From: Burkholderiales bacterium
GTDB taxonomy: Bacteria; Pseudomonadota; Gammaproteobacteria; Burkholderiales; SG8-39
Direction of reading: 5' to 3'
Assembly (NCBI GenBank): GCA_050246035.1
Contig: JBFWWT010000003.1
Location: 34,684-98,683 of the forward strand
Length of the DNA stretch: 64,000 nucleotides
Within the stretch, counting starts at the first letter, position 1. Each line of letters starts with the position of its first letter. Of this stretch, positions 62,880-64,000 are shown one piece after another. Below the pieces are notes generated by a model. That model did not search any database, had not been told where the DNA came from, and saw only the letters and a list, made by a program, of their open reading frames with translations. The position numbers and the translations under genes were made by a program.

Positions 62880-62950
62880 GCACTTTCCTCGAACGCGCGT
62901 TGACTCGGGGGAGTCTCCCTTCGCAAAATGCCTTTGTCAATCAATCCGCC

Positions 62951-63379
62951 ATGACGCCCATCCGGCTCCGCGGCATCGACCACCTCGTCCTGCGCGTGCG
63001 CGACATCGAGGCGATGCGCCGCTTCTACTGCGACGTGCTCGGCGCCGAGCATGTCGCCTGGCGGCCCGAGTACGGCATGTCGCACCTGAGGGCCGGGCGC
63101 TCGATGATCGATCTCATCACGGTGGACGGAAAGCTCGGGCAGGCTGGCGGCGCAGCGCCCGGCAAGGAAGGCCGCAACCTGGATCACCTGTGCCTGCGCG
63201 TGGAGCCGTTCGATCAGGAGGCGATCATCGCGCACCTGAAGGCGCACGGCGTCGCGGTCGGCGAGATCCGCACGCGTTACGGCGCGGAAGGCAACGGCGT
63301 CTCCATCTACCTCGCGGACCCGGAAGGCAACACCGTGGAGCTCAAGGGCCCCTCGGACGGGAAGGCGCCGCCGGCATGA
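62951..63379 (+). CDS. VOC (glyoxalase/bleomycin resistance/dioxygenase) family protein
   Basis: IDHLVLRVRDIEAMRRFY, LDHLCLRV and IYLADPEGNTVEL. Confidence 0.8.
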   Translation: MTPIRLRGIDHLVLRVRDIEAMRRFYCDVLGAEHVAWRPEYGMSHLRAGRSMIDLITVDGKLGQAGGAAPGKEGRNLDHLCLRVEPFDQEAIIAHLKAHGVAVGEIRTRYGAEGNGVSIYLADPEGNTVELKGPSDGKAPPA

Positions 63380-63624
63380 GCCAGGAGGAGCTGCAGAAGG
63401 CCCTGGCGCTCCTGCGCGCGGGCGACTGGCAGACGGCGCACGCCATGGTGCAGAAGGACGAGGACTCGCCCCTCGCCTGCTGGGCGCACGGCATCGTGCA
63501 TCTGATGGAAGGCGATACTTCGAACGCGCGCTATTGGTACCGGGAGGCGAAGCGCGAATTTCCGCGGGCGCCCTCGATCGCGCAGGAGCTCGACGCCCTC
63601 CAGGCCGCGCTGCGGATGACTTGA
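63376..63624 (+). CDS. hypothetical small helical protein
   Basis: ATGA overlap with the VOC gene. 82 aa with no motif recognised. Confidence 0.5.
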   Translation: MSQEELQKALALLRAGDWQTAHAMVQKDEDSPLACWAHGIVHLMEGDTSNARYWYREAKREFPRAPSIAQELDALQAALRMT

Positions 63625-63663
63625 GGTAGCATCGCCCGCTTCGAGACGCAAGGAGAGCATCGC

Positions 63664-64000
63664 ATGGCACAGAACAAGGTCGCAATCGTCACCGGCGCTT
63701 CCGCCGGCATCGGGGAGGCCGCGGGCGTCGCGCTGGTGAAGGCCGGCTGGAAGGTGACGTTCGCCGCGCGGCGCGCGGACCTGCTGGACAGGATCGTCGC
63801 CGACTGCGGCGGCGCCCACGCGCTCGCCGTAGCCACCGACGTATCCAAGCCGGAATCGGTGAAGAACCTGTTCGCGAAGACGCTGGAGAAGTTCGGGCGC
63901 CTGGACCTGCTCTTCAACAACGCGGGCATGGGCGCGCCCGCCGTGCCGATGGACGAGCTGCCCTACGAGAAATGGCTGGAAGTGGTGAACGTCAACCTGA
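63664..64000 (+). CDS. SDR family oxidoreductase, partial (runs off the window)
   Basis: KVAIVTGASAGIGEA Rossmann motif and NNAG. Confidence 0.8.
   Translation, partial: MAQNKVAIVTGASAGIGEAAGVALVKAGWKVTFAARRADLLDRIVADCGGAHALAVATDVSKPESVKNLFAKTLEKFGRLDLLFNNAGMGAPAVPMDELPYEKWLEVVNVNL

Noticed and set aside
62896-62912. TTGACTCGGGGGAGTC inverted repeat (GACTC/GAGTC) in the cupin-VOC divergent region as an operator
   Set aside because: The arms are only 5 bp and there is no second copy. This is not distinguishable from chance.

Overview
This is a 64-kb, roughly 70% G+C, very gene-dense chromosomal segment with about 65 CDS. I could not find any rRNA, tRNA, CRISPR array, integrase or transposase. 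Recognisable genes include a TctCBA tripartite tricarboxylate transporter, ettA, pepN, htpX, argC, fbp, pdxH, an NDH-2, rhlE, an NfeD-SPFH pair, three DMT/EamA permeases and a LIV-type ABC transporter. This content fits core and accessory metabolism of a high-GC proteobacterium, probably Burkholderiales-like, though that placement is inference only. Many of the longest ORFs in the supplied track are antisense shadow ORFs typical of high-GC DNA, and I rejected them. No classical defence or mobile island is visible. The non-routine signals are as follows. (1) A family of REP/MITE-like palindromic elements (core AWTGGGGACGGACCTCAATTK) has at least 9 copies. Four of them sit in-frame inside one 1,845-aa tandem-duplicated UvrA-like gene, and the intergenic copies all touch stop codons. 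(2) A -10-like hexamer lies exactly 6-7 nt upstream of the start codon of at least nine genes, which suggests widespread leaderless transcription. (3) An uncharacterised catabolic island at 51.7-63.6 kb combines a LIV transporter, a Rieske oxygenase, a glutamine-synthetase-like ligase, a signal-less SBP-fold protein, a Cys-rich unknown, and a cupin-HpaB-DUF2848 operon. (4) A MtnK-like kinase overlaps a divergent enolase paralogue. (5) One family III CoA-transferase appears circularly permuted. (6) Several genes have conserved N-termini that require ATT or CTG starts. All functional calls rest on my reading of motifs in the translations. No database search was run.
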